Source: Candidatus Saccharimonadota bacterium | Lineage (GTDB): Archaea; Micrarchaeota; Micrarchaeia; Micrarchaeales; Micrarchaeaceae | Length of the DNA: 32,000 nt | Assembly (NCBI GenBank): GCA_021654395.1 | Contig: AP024486.1 | Coordinates: forward strand, 270,001 to 302,000 | Reading direction: 5' to 3' | Shown: positions 7,754 to 15,581 of the stretch, in pieces | How the letters are laid out: each line of letters opens with the position of its first letter | Numbering within the stretch: the first letter of the stretch is position 1 | Notes under the pieces: generated by a model | What the model saw: only the letters and a program-made list of their open reading frames with translations | Told to the model about the DNA's origin: nothing | The model's database searches: none | Program-made: the position numbers and the translations under genes

Positions 7754-8210
7754 TATCATCATAAAGCTCAATAAACTCTGTCTTTATCTGCTTTAATGAG
7801 GTTAGAGAGATAGTTCTAGATATGCCTCTCTTTGAAAGGACATTCTTTACAAAGCCGTAAAATTCATCTACATCTTTGGTCCTTACTTTTATAATAATCT
7901 CCCAGCCACCTGTTATTATATCAACGCTCTCTACCTCTGGAAACTTAGCTAGCTCTCTAGCTATCCTCTCTGGATTACTGTACTCATCATTAGAGAGGTT
8001 TATAAGTACGTAGTTACAGTAGCCCTGATCTATCTTCTTATAGTTAAAGACAGCCTTATATCTTATAATTATGCCTGCCTTTTCTAGCTGCTTTATATTG
8101 TAATGGATTGTTGGTGAAGACTCTTTTAGCTCTCTTGATAGCTCAACTATACGGGGCGTGCAGTGCCCCTCTTTAAGGAGCCTTACAAGCTCATCCCTTA
8201 TCTCTTTCAT
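7716..8210 (-). CDS. Lrp/AsnC-family transcriptional regulator
   Basis: 164 aa. An N-terminal wHTH (ELSRELKESSPTIHYNIKQLEKAGII) is followed by an AsnC-type alpha/beta ligand domain (NYVLINL...VESVDIITGGWEIIIKVRTKD). Confidence 0.8.
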   Translation of the reverse strand: MKEIRDELVRLLKEGHCTPRIVELSRELKESSPTIHYNIKQLEKAGIIIRYKAVFNYKKIDQGYCNYVLINLSNDEYSNPERIARELAKFPEVESVDIITGGWEIIIKVRTKDVDEFYGFVKNVLSKRGISRTISLTSLKQIKTEFIELYDDTNIVSDSSHSNK

Positions 8211-8356
8211 GCTCCCACTATAAGATTAGCTGCATTATCTATTGAGAATGATTTTAATAAAATTAAAATTTATAATGATATTTTATTCTATAATTTAAAT
8301 TTTATTAAACAAGTTATTTATAAATGTTATGATATAAAAAAATTATATCGATATAT

Positions 8357-9316
8357 ATGAACACAGAGAGATCTATAAATAGTAAGCTTAAGGTTCTATG
8401 GCTTAACGATGAGATATCTAAGCTAGCGATCGATCAAGAAGGCAATGTAAACAAGGAGCGCTTCAATTATATAGTTGGAATTATAGAAGATCTAATATCA
8501 TTGATAGGAAGAGATTCAGCAGATCATACTATGCAGCCATTCTTATATCATGTAAAGGAGCTTAAAGAGAGAGTAGGAGATACTAAAGGCAAGCCCATAG
8601 TAGCATTAGATACAAAAACGCTGCCTTTAGTAATAGATCCTATTAGATCTAGAATCTTTGAGGTTCACTTAAGTAGAGTAAGAGATATAGTAGATCCAAA
8701 TCTAAAGACAAAAGATCTTATAATGACTAGAGGTAATGATGCAATTCAAAAACTGAGAGATATTAATGAAGAGATAATTATATACGATGATATATCATTT
8801 ACAGGTAATACTATTACAGAGCTTATCAAGAAGCTTAATGAAATTGGATGTAGATATAAGAGTATAAAAGTTGCCGTTATAGGTATTACGAAGAACGCAA
8901 CAAGTAAGATTAAAAGTATGGGAGAGAATATTGAGGTAGTATCTGGATTTATAATAGATGATGTAGCAGATGATGCATGGCACACAGCAGATCTCTTTAC
9001 AGATACAAAAACAGAGGATGGAAAGGTAATAAAGGCAAGCGATCTAATCAAGATGCTTATACCAGTATTTAAAGGAGAGGAGAGCTTCAATGAATTTATT
9101 GAAAGGAACAGAATACCTAAGACTATGAGGAATCCAAATCTATTCTTATTATTAGCAAGGGATGACAGTCCATTAAGCAAGCAGCTAAGTAAGGAGGGGC
9201 TGCTAGAGAGCTTCGATAAAGTTTACTCTATAGTTGTAAAGATAGAGGAGATGATGAATGAATCAAACAAGCAAGCAGTAAATAGAGATCTCAGTATAGA
9301 AGCAATACGCTCATAA
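8357..9316 (+). CDS. phosphoribosyltransferase-domain protein of unknown specificity
   Basis: 319 aa. The only recognisable element is a PRPP-binding-loop-like motif, EIIIYDDISFTGNTITE (four hydrophobic residues, two acidic residues, xx-[ST]-G-x-T). The flanking N-terminal (about 140 aa) and C-terminal (about 110 aa) regions are unrecognised. Confidence 0.5.
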   Translation: MNTERSINSKLKVLWLNDEISKLAIDQEGNVNKERFNYIVGIIEDLISLIGRDSADHTMQPFLYHVKELKERVGDTKGKPIVALDTKTLPLVIDPIRSRIFEVHLSRVRDIVDPNLKTKDLIMTRGNDAIQKLRDINEEIIIYDDISFTGNTITELIKKLNEIGCRYKSIKVAVIGITKNATSKIKSMGENIEVVSGFIIDDVADDAWHTADLFTDTKTEDGKVIKASDLIKMLIPVFKGEESFNEFIERNRIPKTMRNPNLFLLLARDDSPLSKQLSKEGLLESFDKVYSIVVKIEEMMNESNKQAVNRDLSIEAIRS

Positions 9317-9387
9317 TCATTAGTAAGCATGAACACAAAACTCTAATGCATTTGGATCAATAAACTTATTGGATTTAAATCAATTAG

Positions 9388-9404
9388 CAGATAATAATTA
9401 TCTG
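9388..9404. promoter_or_regulatory. perfect palindrome upstream of the SLOG/LOG-like gene (candidate operator)
   Basis: CAGATAAT-A-ATTATCTG, two 8-nt arms around a single central base, ending 32 nt upstream of the ATG at 9436. Confidence 0.25.
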
Positions 9405-9435
9405 ATCTAATAGCTAATATGATATAAGTGATCAT

Positions 9436-9939
9436 ATGAGAGTTAAGTTGGGCATTGCTGGGGCAGCATCAAATATTAAGAAGAGAGATATAAATCTTGT
9501 TAAAGCACTTGCAGATAGGTTATATAGATACAAGAACGATCTAGAGATATATGTCTGCTATGATCCAGAGTCACTACCGATGTATATAGCTCAAGAGCTC
9601 AGTAGTAAAGGTCTTAATGTCAAATGCTTTGCATGCAATGAGGAAGAAGAGTCAAAGGCAAGAGAGCTAGGTTTAGAAGCTATAAACTTAAATAGGCCAA
9701 GAATCTATAGAGAGATAGAGTTCATCAAAAGTATAGATAAGCTAATAGTTTGTGGTGGTGGCAGCGGTACATTGATGGAGGTTACATTTGCTTATCAGAT
9801 GAATAAGCCAGTTCTCTTGTTAAGAGGTATAAAAGGTAGTGTAGAGCCATTTAGAGGCAAGTTCCTAGATAAGAGAAAGAGATTTAAGATTAAATCGATA
9901 GGACTGGATAGCAATATAAAGAAGGCTTTAGGAATCTAA
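9436..9939 (+). CDS. SLOG/LOG-superfamily Rossmann protein (TIGR00725-like)
   Basis: 167 aa. N-terminal LGIAGAAS strand-loop, and a C-terminal LIVCGGGSGTLMEVTFAYQMNKPVLLL matching the GGGxGTxxE motif of LOG/TIGR00725 proteins. The first LOG glycine motif is not evident. Confidence 0.65.
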   Translation: MRVKLGIAGAASNIKKRDINLVKALADRLYRYKNDLEIYVCYDPESLPMYIAQELSSKGLNVKCFACNEEEESKARELGLEAINLNRPRIYREIEFIKSIDKLIVCGGGSGTLMEVTFAYQMNKPVLLLRGIKGSVEPFRGKFLDKRKRFKIKSIGLDSNIKKALGI

Positions 9940-9966
9940 AAGGCTTCAATATAATTTAATAAGAGT

Positions 9967-10000
9967 AAGTATAGATAGTAAAAAGGATTTTTAGATACTT
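9967..10000 (+). terminator. hairpin with embedded T5 run downstream of the SLOG/LOG-like gene
   Basis: The outer stem is AAGTAT (9967..9972) with ATACTT (9995..10000). The inner stem is TAAAAA (9979..9984) with TTTTTA (9988..9993) around a GGA loop. It begins 28 nt after the stop codon. Oligo-T tracts are the usual archaeal termination signal. Confidence 0.3.
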
Positions 10001-10290
10001 ATTCTAAATATTGAAAGATCTATTAATATAATTGTCATAGAGTTAGGCTATTAAAGCTCTTATATCTCAATAACTGATTAATAAAGTTAATAAAGAGATT
10101 TAGGCTATCAAGCGATCTTGTAGTATTTAAGTAGCTATTTTAAGATATTAAAGAGCATTAGCATCTATAAAGAGCTAGCATATACGGAATATAAGTATCT
10201 CAGATTTATCTTAAAATAGAAGCAGTTAGATATATAAGAAGTGAATTATATTCAAATGAGCTACTTACTTTATCTATTAGCTATCAGTAG

Positions 10291-10426
10291 TGGGGTTGCT
10301 GGGATTTGAACCCAGGTTTGCAGGTTTCTTCATTAGTATCATAGCTCCAGTGAAGAAAATCACAGGCTTACGCCTCATCAATGATTCTGGAGCCTGCCGC
10401 GCTAGACCAGACTACGCTACAACCCC
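10291..10426 (-). tRNA. tRNA-Trp(CCA) with a 61-nt intron at the canonical 37/38 position (intron 10326..10386)
   Basis: Hand-folded on the minus strand. Acceptor GGGGTTG/CAACCCC plus discriminator A. D arm GCGT-AGTCTGGTCTA-GCGC. Anticodon stem GCAGG/CCTGC with loop CTCCAG|intron|A, anticodon CCA. T arm CTGGG-TTCAAAT-CCCAG. That gives 75 nt mature plus 61 nt intron. The splice position is ambiguous by 1 nt (A/A). Confidence 0.85.
10326..10386 (-). ncRNA. tRNA-Trp intron with box C/D-guide-like features
   Basis: Intron sequence is AATCAT-TGATGA-GGCGTAAGCCTGTGATTTTCTT-CACTGGAGCT-ATGA-TACTAATGAAGAA. It has a box C consensus UGAUGA (10375..10380). A guide CACUGGAGCU (10343..10352) is complementary to tRNA positions 30-37. 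It is followed by AUGA (10339..10342), a box D-like element. No exact CUGA is present. Confidence 0.5.
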
Positions 10427-10508
10427 ACTACTATATTCTTAATTTATATATTGCAAAATTATAAATAACTTTATTAGATTTAATTAGAAGGCTATATAGT
10501 GAGATTCT

Positions 10509-11009
10509 TTGATTAAAGATAATTTTGACAAGAGATGCATAACAGCTACAACTTTCATAATAGATAAAGAGTCCAAGAGGATGCTCTTTATATTTCATAA
10601 GAAGTTGAATAAATGGCTTCCCACTGGAGGTCATGTAGAGCAAAACGAGTTTCCCAACGAGGCAGCTATAAGAGAAGCGAAAGAGGAATCTGGTTTAGAT
10701 ATAAGGCTAATAGATCTGGATGTAGATATAAGTAGATTAAAGATAGATGATAGTATAGGTAAGAATCAGATAAGGCCTTTTGTGATAGTATTAGAAGATG
10801 TTGTATACCCTAAAGAGAGGCACCAGCACTTTGATATGGTTTATGTGGCTTTAGCAGAAGGTAGCAGAGTAAATATAAGTGCGGAATCTTCAGCTTATAG
10901 ATGGGTTGACAAGCAAGAGCTTGATAGCATAGATACATTCGATAATGTAAAGGCTACAGCAAGAGCTATCTTTGATAAGATAAGTAATCTAGATCTTTCT
11001 CGTTTCTAA
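10509..11009 (+). CDS. NUDIX hydrolase
   Basis: 166 aa. A complete Nudix box, GGHVEQNEFPNEAAIREAKEESGL (Gx5Ex7REUxEExGU). The start as tracked is TTG. The first in-frame ATG (10581) would delete N-terminal beta strands. Confidence 0.85.
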   Translation: MIKDNFDKRCITATTFIIDKESKRMLFIFHKKLNKWLPTGGHVEQNEFPNEAAIREAKEESGLDIRLIDLDVDISRLKIDDSIGKNQIRPFVIVLEDVVYPKERHQHFDMVYVALAEGSRVNISAESSAYRWVDKQELDSIDTFDNVKATARAIFDKISNLDLSRF

Positions 11010-11774
11010 TATGCTGATTATATTATTTGCTATATTATCAAAGATCTCTTTTATATTCTCATCTAGCTCATATGCGGCCTTTCCTAGCTCTACTGCATTC
11101 TTAAAGGAGTCTTTATAAGGAACTCGTCCAAGTACACCTACAGAGAGTCTCTCAGCAAGCTTATCTGAATAGCTCTCTTTATTAGAGTCAGACATATTCT
11201 CTATAACTCCTAATATCCTTATCTTGAGCTTCTGAGCCATCAATCCAGACTTCAATGAGTTTATATAGCTAATCTTATCTGGAGTAGTGACTATTACTAA
11301 TCCATCTAATCTAATAAGCTGCATAATAGTTAAAGGTATATCAGAAGTTCCTGGTGGGAGATCTATAATAAGGTAGTCAGTTAGTGGCCATTCAGTATAT
11401 CTTAGTATATCTGTTAAAGCCTTTGAAAGAATTGCACCTCTCCAAACTGCTGGCTCCTCAGAGCTTCCATAGAAGAATACAGGACTCATTATACTAATAC
11501 CATCATGCAGATAAGGCTTTAATGGAGCTACTGGCTTAATATTGTAATCTATATTAATAAAGTTGCATATATTTGGACAATCTACATCAGCATCAAGTAG
11601 CGCAGTCTTCTTCTTTAATGCCTTAAAAGCATAAGCAAGATTTATAGAGACACTAGTCTTACCAACGCCACCCTTAGCGCTGTAAACTCCAATTATACTT
11701 GTTATATTAGAAAGATGCTTATCTATATCTGCCCTCTGCTCTATATATCTCTTAAAGGATTCGCTTACGTTCAT
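10989..11774 (-). CDS. Mrp/NBP35/MinD-family P-loop ATPase
   Basis: 261 aa. Deviant Walker A with signature lysine (SAKGGVGKTS), LLDADV, and Walker B IIDLPPGTSD, typical of Mrp/ApbC-like proteins. The C-terminal CxxC of Fe-S carrier members is not evident. Confidence 0.8.
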   Translation of the reverse strand: MNVSESFKRYIEQRADIDKHLSNITSIIGVYSAKGGVGKTSVSINLAYAFKALKKKTALLDADVDCPNICNFINIDYNIKPVAPLKPYLHDGISIMSPVFFYGSSEEPAVWRGAILSKALTDILRYTEWPLTDYLIIDLPPGTSDIPLTIMQLIRLDGLVIVTTPDKISYINSLKSGLMAQKLKIRILGVIENMSDSNKESYSDKLAERLSVGVLGRVPYKDSFKNAVELGKAAYELDENIKEIFDNIANNIISILETRKI

Positions 11775-11788
11775 TATATCAATAAAAC

Positions 11789-11904
11789 GCCTAACAGCAA
11801 TGCACCTTCCCGACCATAGGTCAGTACAAGTGCATCGGAAGACGGCTTAACTTCTGAGTTCGGTAAGGGTTCAGGTGTTTCCCGCCTTCCTATTACCGTT
11901 AGGC
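11789..11904 (-). rRNA. rrf: 5S ribosomal RNA (stand-alone)
   Basis: The minus strand reads GCCTAACGGTAATAGG...ACCGAACTCAGAAGTTAAGC...GGTCGGGAAGGTGCATTGCTGTTAGGC. Helix I pairs GCCTAACGG with CTGTTAGGC. The CCGAAC..AGAAGTTAAGC loop B/C region is conserved. It is followed by GTTTTATT. No 16S or 23S is present in the window. Confidence 0.85.
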
Positions 11905-11931
11905 ATTAAATAATTAATGAGATTAAGCTTT

Positions 11932-12906
11932 TTAAGCTTTATCAGCTTTTTCATTGAATATACCAGAAGTATCAATAAACTGACTTAAAAGCTCAATAGC
12001 CTTTGCTTTACTGAGCGGCTTCAGGCCCTTCTGCTTTGCGTATTTACACTGATATCTTATGTAAGATTCTGTTATGCTTGTATTGTTTAGCGCTTTACAT
12101 CTTTCTATATAGTCTCTTATTATTGATACTGCCTCTTCTATGTCAAGAGCCTTTACATTAACTAGATACGGTGCAAGTATGAGATTTACTACTCTATGTC
12201 TGCCATCAGGTATTGGTATATTAAGAAGCCTCTCTATCCATTCTATACTGCCTTTGCCTTTTACACTCTTTATCTGTTTTATGCTATAGTTAATCTTATA
12301 GCTTAGTCTATTCCTAGAGCAGAACTGCATTATCTCCTTAGGTATTAGATCTTTACTTATAGGTAAGCCTTTAGATACAGCATTATAAAAAGCATCCTTT
12401 AAGAATATATCAAATAAAGCATCTTCTAGATATACAAGGCCTCTTCTTATATTCATATACTTAAGGCTAAGTCTGTTATTGCTGCTGCTTTTATTATTTA
12501 AGAACTCTGCAACCTTAATAACATTAAGATTAGCAGATCTATGATAGCTGCTTATCCCAAGATCATCAGATATTAGATCCATATCCTTAGTATTATTAAA
12601 GTATATATCCAAGCTCCTCTTTGAATGAAATTCAGAAAATAAGCTAATAGCAGTAGGGTCTCTATAGTAGCTCAAGATGGCCCTTTCAACGGCATATCTT
12701 GTTAAGAACTCAGTAACAGATCTTATATCTATTGATTGCGACTCTTTAGGATAATGGTTATTAAGTATGCCTATTAGCTCATCAAAGCTTCTGCTTAATA
12801 ACTGCTCGCTCATGCTTATACTAGAAGCAGATATAAGCTCCTTCGCGTATTTACTAAAAGGGTATCTATATGCTATAATATAATCTGTTCTATCTTGATC
12901 AAGCAT
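11932..12906 (-). CDS. priL: DNA primase large (regulatory) subunit PriL-like protein
   Basis: 324 aa. N-terminal YRYPFSKYAKELI and a C-terminal block IEWIERLLNIPIPDGRHRVVNLILAPYLVNVKALDIEEAVSII...KGLKPLS resemble my memory of euryarchaeal PriL (p46-type) sequences. Assigned from memory only. Confidence 0.55.
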   Translation of the reverse strand: MLDQDRTDYIIAYRYPFSKYAKELISASSISMSEQLLSRSFDELIGILNNHYPKESQSIDIRSVTEFLTRYAVERAILSYYRDPTAISLFSEFHSKRSLDIYFNNTKDMDLISDDLGISSYHRSANLNVIKVAEFLNNKSSSNNRLSLKYMNIRRGLVYLEDALFDIFLKDAFYNAVSKGLPISKDLIPKEIMQFCSRNRLSYKINYSIKQIKSVKGKGSIEWIERLLNIPIPDGRHRVVNLILAPYLVNVKALDIEEAVSIIRDYIERCKALNNTSITESYIRYQCKYAKQKGLKPLSKAKAIELLSQFIDTSGIFNEKADKA

Positions 12907-12932
12907 AAATAAAGTTAATTATATAAAAGGCT

Positions 12933-13382
12933 TTATAACATATCTTTCTCTTCCCAAGTTTGAGTCACACTTTTTCTTCTCTTCGGTATATATACATATA
13001 TCTTTCCCCAAGGGTCCTTTACCTTTACTTTGAAAGGTCTTACCTTTGTGTATCTTGATAACTGGAATGTGTCCTCTGTTGGTTCTTCATTTAGCATAGG
13101 TCCTTGAATAGGAGCATACTGTGGCTCCTTATCAACTTTCTTTATTGTTATACACTGCACAGGACACTCCTCTTGGCATATTAGGCATCCTATACATCTA
13201 TTTACTTGTATAGGATACTCTGTCATATCTAATGTTAATGTATCATAGTTCTTAGAGCTTTCAACATTCTTATGCCTTGGCCTAGTAAAGTCTAGAGTAT
13301 TAACTGGGCATACATCACCGCATATGCCGCATTGTATACATCTTTCCATATCAAAGGTAAACTGGAATGGCATACCCTTCAC
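12933..13382 (-). CDS. 2x[4Fe-4S] ferredoxin-domain protein with a C-terminal extension
   Basis: 149 aa. Two canonical cluster motifs, CIQCGICGDVCP and CIGCLICQEECP, followed by about 70 aa of unrecognised charged tail. Confidence 0.85.
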   Translation of the reverse strand: MKGMPFQFTFDMERCIQCGICGDVCPVNTLDFTRPRHKNVESSKNYDTLTLDMTEYPIQVNRCIGCLICQEECPVQCITIKKVDKEPQYAPIQGPMLNEEPTEDTFQLSRYTKVRPFKVKVKDPWGKIYVYIPKRRKSVTQTWEEKDML

Positions 13383-14137
13383 TGCTTCTGTTCAGCAGTC
13401 TGCTTACTCTCCTTAGGTGTAGGAACAGGCTTTGTTATTATTCTAGCTCTAGGGAGATTTCCTTTTAGACCATAGTATATTGCTATTAATCCTGCTATTA
13501 CTATTAATGTAAAGCACGCATAGAATGAATATATTGCCATGGTTGGATCATTTATTGAGTTAAAGTAATAGTTGAAGAAGCCCCATATATTGCTTTTAGA
13601 TGTTGATACTGTTGGTGGTAATACGCTCAAAGTAGCTGCAGATTCTGTTACAAATATCGTTCCAAATATGAATAAGAATGTTCCTATTGTAACTAGAATA
13701 GTTAATGCTTTATTGTACTTTGGATCTTCATCAGTATCTGTTACTAAGAGTAATACTAGTGCATAGGCGTAGAAGACAATAGCAAGCAGCTGGAAAGGTA
13801 CTGCTATCGGATAGTCTTCATAAGTTCCTGGCCAGAATAGCTCAAACCCTAAGAATACTACTAGGAATATTGAAGCATCTCTTAATATAATAAATAGCAA
13901 CCACCATATATCTGCAGCTAATCTTAAAGTAAACTTTCTTAATATTCTTAAGAAGTAGCCTCTGGCTATCTGTATCGATAATGCTAATATGGTAAGTAGC
14001 TGGACGAGAACCGTTACTGTATTTTCAGTATATATAGAGCCCGCACTAACTAAGCTTTGTGGTGATACTGATACATTTGCAGCACTTGCATTCACTACAA
14101 CTACTCTAACGATACCTTGCAATATAGCGTCTAGCAT
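13379..14137 (-). CDS. polytopic membrane protein of unknown function (operon partner of the ferredoxin)
   Basis: 252 aa with about 5-6 hydrophobic segments (for example LVQLLTILALSIQIA, IWWLLFIILRDASIFLVVFLGF, LLAIVFYAYALVLLLV, ILVTIGTFLFIFGTIFV, FYACFTLIVIAGLIAIYYGL). I see no His residue. The stop overlaps the ferredoxin start by 4 nt. Confidence 0.55.
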   Translation of the reverse strand: MLDAILQGIVRVVVVNASAANVSVSPQSLVSAGSIYTENTVTVLVQLLTILALSIQIARGYFLRILRKFTLRLAADIWWLLFIILRDASIFLVVFLGFELFWPGTYEDYPIAVPFQLLAIVFYAYALVLLLVTDTDEDPKYNKALTILVTIGTFLFIFGTIFVTESAATLSVLPPTVSTSKSNIWGFFNYYFNSINDPTMAIYSFYACFTLIVIAGLIAIYYGLKGNLPRARIITKPVPTPKESKQTAEQKQ

Positions 14138-14313
14138 ATAAATAGATTAAAAACTAAAGTATATAAAGCTTATTAAATCTAAACAAGATTAATATAATAT
14201 TAAAAGTTTAACAAAGGTGTTTAATTCTTTTATAAGTAAAAGTATTAGATGTTAAGTATAACTGAGAAGTGCTTTCTTATAAAGTACTTCTTATATATCT
14301 TAGGTGTAAAGTA

Positions 14314-15564
14314 ATGCAGATACGATTTTTTGGAGGAGCAGGAGAGGTTGGTAGGTCCTCTTTCCTAATAGAAGCAGATAAGAAGATACTACTAGATTAT
14401 GGAATAAAAGTAGAGGGAGACAATATATTCTTTCCCTTGGAGAGACCAAAAGCAGATTATATAATACTTAGCCATGCGCATCTTGATCATAGCGGCTTTA
14501 TTCCAAATCTATTAAAGGACTCTTCTCCGGCTATATACGGAACAGTAACAACAATGAAGTTAGCAGAGCTTCTGTTAGAGGACTCAATAAAGGTAGCCAG
14601 AGAGGAGCATAGAGATGCTGGCTTCTCAAAGAGGCAGATAAAGCATTTTAAAAGCAGATTTGTAACTTTGGGATATAGATCCACAACACATCTAGATGGA
14701 AATATAGTATTAGAGACATTTGATTCTGGTCATATCCCTGGAAGTATGATAAGCAGATTAGAGTTTAGTGATAATACTAGATTAGTTTATACCGGTGATT
14801 TTAAGCTCAGTAAGCAGACATTGCATACAGGTGCAGAGATCGTCAAGTCAGATATACTAATCATAGAATCTACATATGCATTAAGAGAGCATCCTGATAG
14901 AGATAAGGTCATAGATGATCTAATAGAGAGTATAAAAGATACGATAGATAATAACGGTACTGCGTTGATACCTTCATTCGCTGTTGGAAGAGCTCAGGAG
15001 CTATTAGCTATACTGTATCAGAGAGGTCTAATAGATTATACCTATATAGATGGAATGATAAAGAGCGCAACAGATATAATACTAAGATATCCTAGAGAGA
15101 TAAAGAACTATGATCTATTATACAAGGCAGCAGAGAGAGCATTCTATATAGAGACAGAGAAGGAAAGAAAGATAGCTTTAGAAGAGCCAGCTATAGTGTT
15201 GACAACATCTGGTATGTTAGATGGAGGCCCGGTGCTAAGCTATATAAGGAAGATAAACAGCAAGTCTAAGATACTGCTTACTGGATATCAAGCAGAAGAT
15301 ACAAATGGAAGGAGCCTATTAGAAAGAGGCGTTATAGTAATAGATAACAAGGAGTATAAGATAGATAATAAAGTAGAGTACTACGATCTATCAGCACATG
15401 CAGGCATGTCTGATCTAATGAGATATGTTAAAGAATCATCTCCACATACAGTAATATGCATACATGGTGATGAGAGAGAGACAGAGCAGTTCGCAGAGAA
15501 ATTAAAAGAAGAAGGATTTGAAGCTTACGCTCCAAAGGTAGGAGACCTTATAGAGCTAAGATAA
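14314..15564 (+). CDS. beta-CASP metallo-beta-lactamase ribonuclease (aCPSF2/RNase J-like, no KH domains)
   Basis: MQIRFFGGAGEVGRSS at the N-terminus, the HxHxDH motif SHAHLDHSG, later DSGH and the ESTY...beta-CASP region, and a C-terminal CIHGD. I prefer ATG 14314, which has AGGTG 8 nt upstream, over the tracked GTG at 14269. Confidence 0.85.
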   Translation: MQIRFFGGAGEVGRSSFLIEADKKILLDYGIKVEGDNIFFPLERPKADYIILSHAHLDHSGFIPNLLKDSSPAIYGTVTTMKLAELLLEDSIKVAREEHRDAGFSKRQIKHFKSRFVTLGYRSTTHLDGNIVLETFDSGHIPGSMISRLEFSDNTRLVYTGDFKLSKQTLHTGAEIVKSDILIIESTYALREHPDRDKVIDDLIESIKDTIDNNGTALIPSFAVGRAQELLAILYQRGLIDYTYIDGMIKSATDIILRYPREIKNYDLLYKAAERAFYIETEKERKIALEEPAIVLTTSGMLDGGPVLSYIRKINSKSKILLTGYQAEDTNGRSLLERGVIVIDNKEYKIDNKVEYYDLSAHAGMSDLMRYVKESSPHTVICIHGDERETEQFAEKLKEEGFEAYAPKVGDLIELR

Positions 15565-15581
15565 GTATAGAAAGATAAGAA

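Noticed and set aside
8163-8360. 65-aa plus-strand ORF spanning the Lrp 5' end and the AT-rich spacer
   Set aside because: It overlaps the Lrp N-terminus in antisense and then runs through a promoter-like region of almost pure A/T. Its composition reflects AT-rich DNA, not a protein.
8746-9180. 144-aa (and 8795..8983, 62-aa) minus-strand ORFs
   Set aside because: They are antisense to the PRTase-like gene, which carries a real motif, and have low-complexity S/L/I-rich sequence.
9940-10290. Possibility that the long gap encodes SRP RNA, RNase P RNA or a box C/D sRNA
   Set aside because: It has no GC-rich helices, no RUGAUGA motif on either strand, and only isolated CTGA or TCAG tetramers. 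The composition is too AT-rich for those structured RNAs. It is kept only as an unexplained gap.
10362-10368. Second guide-like element in the tRNA-Trp intron (AGCCUG followed by UGAU/GUGA) that would put C32 or U33 at the methylation position
   Set aside because: There are only 6 bp of complementarity and the box assignment is ambiguous (UGAU versus GUGA shifts the target). I do not report it as an independent guide.
10431-10643. 70-aa minus-strand ORF
   Set aside because: It covers the tRNA-Trp promoter region and the 5' end of the Nudix gene in antisense, with no motif.
14269-14313. GTG-initiated 15-codon N-terminal extension of the beta-CASP RNase
   Set aside because: MQIRFFGGAGEVGRSS is the usual N-terminus of this family, and ATG 14314 has AGGTG 8 nt upstream. 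The extension (LSYKVLLIYLRCKV) looks non-coding.
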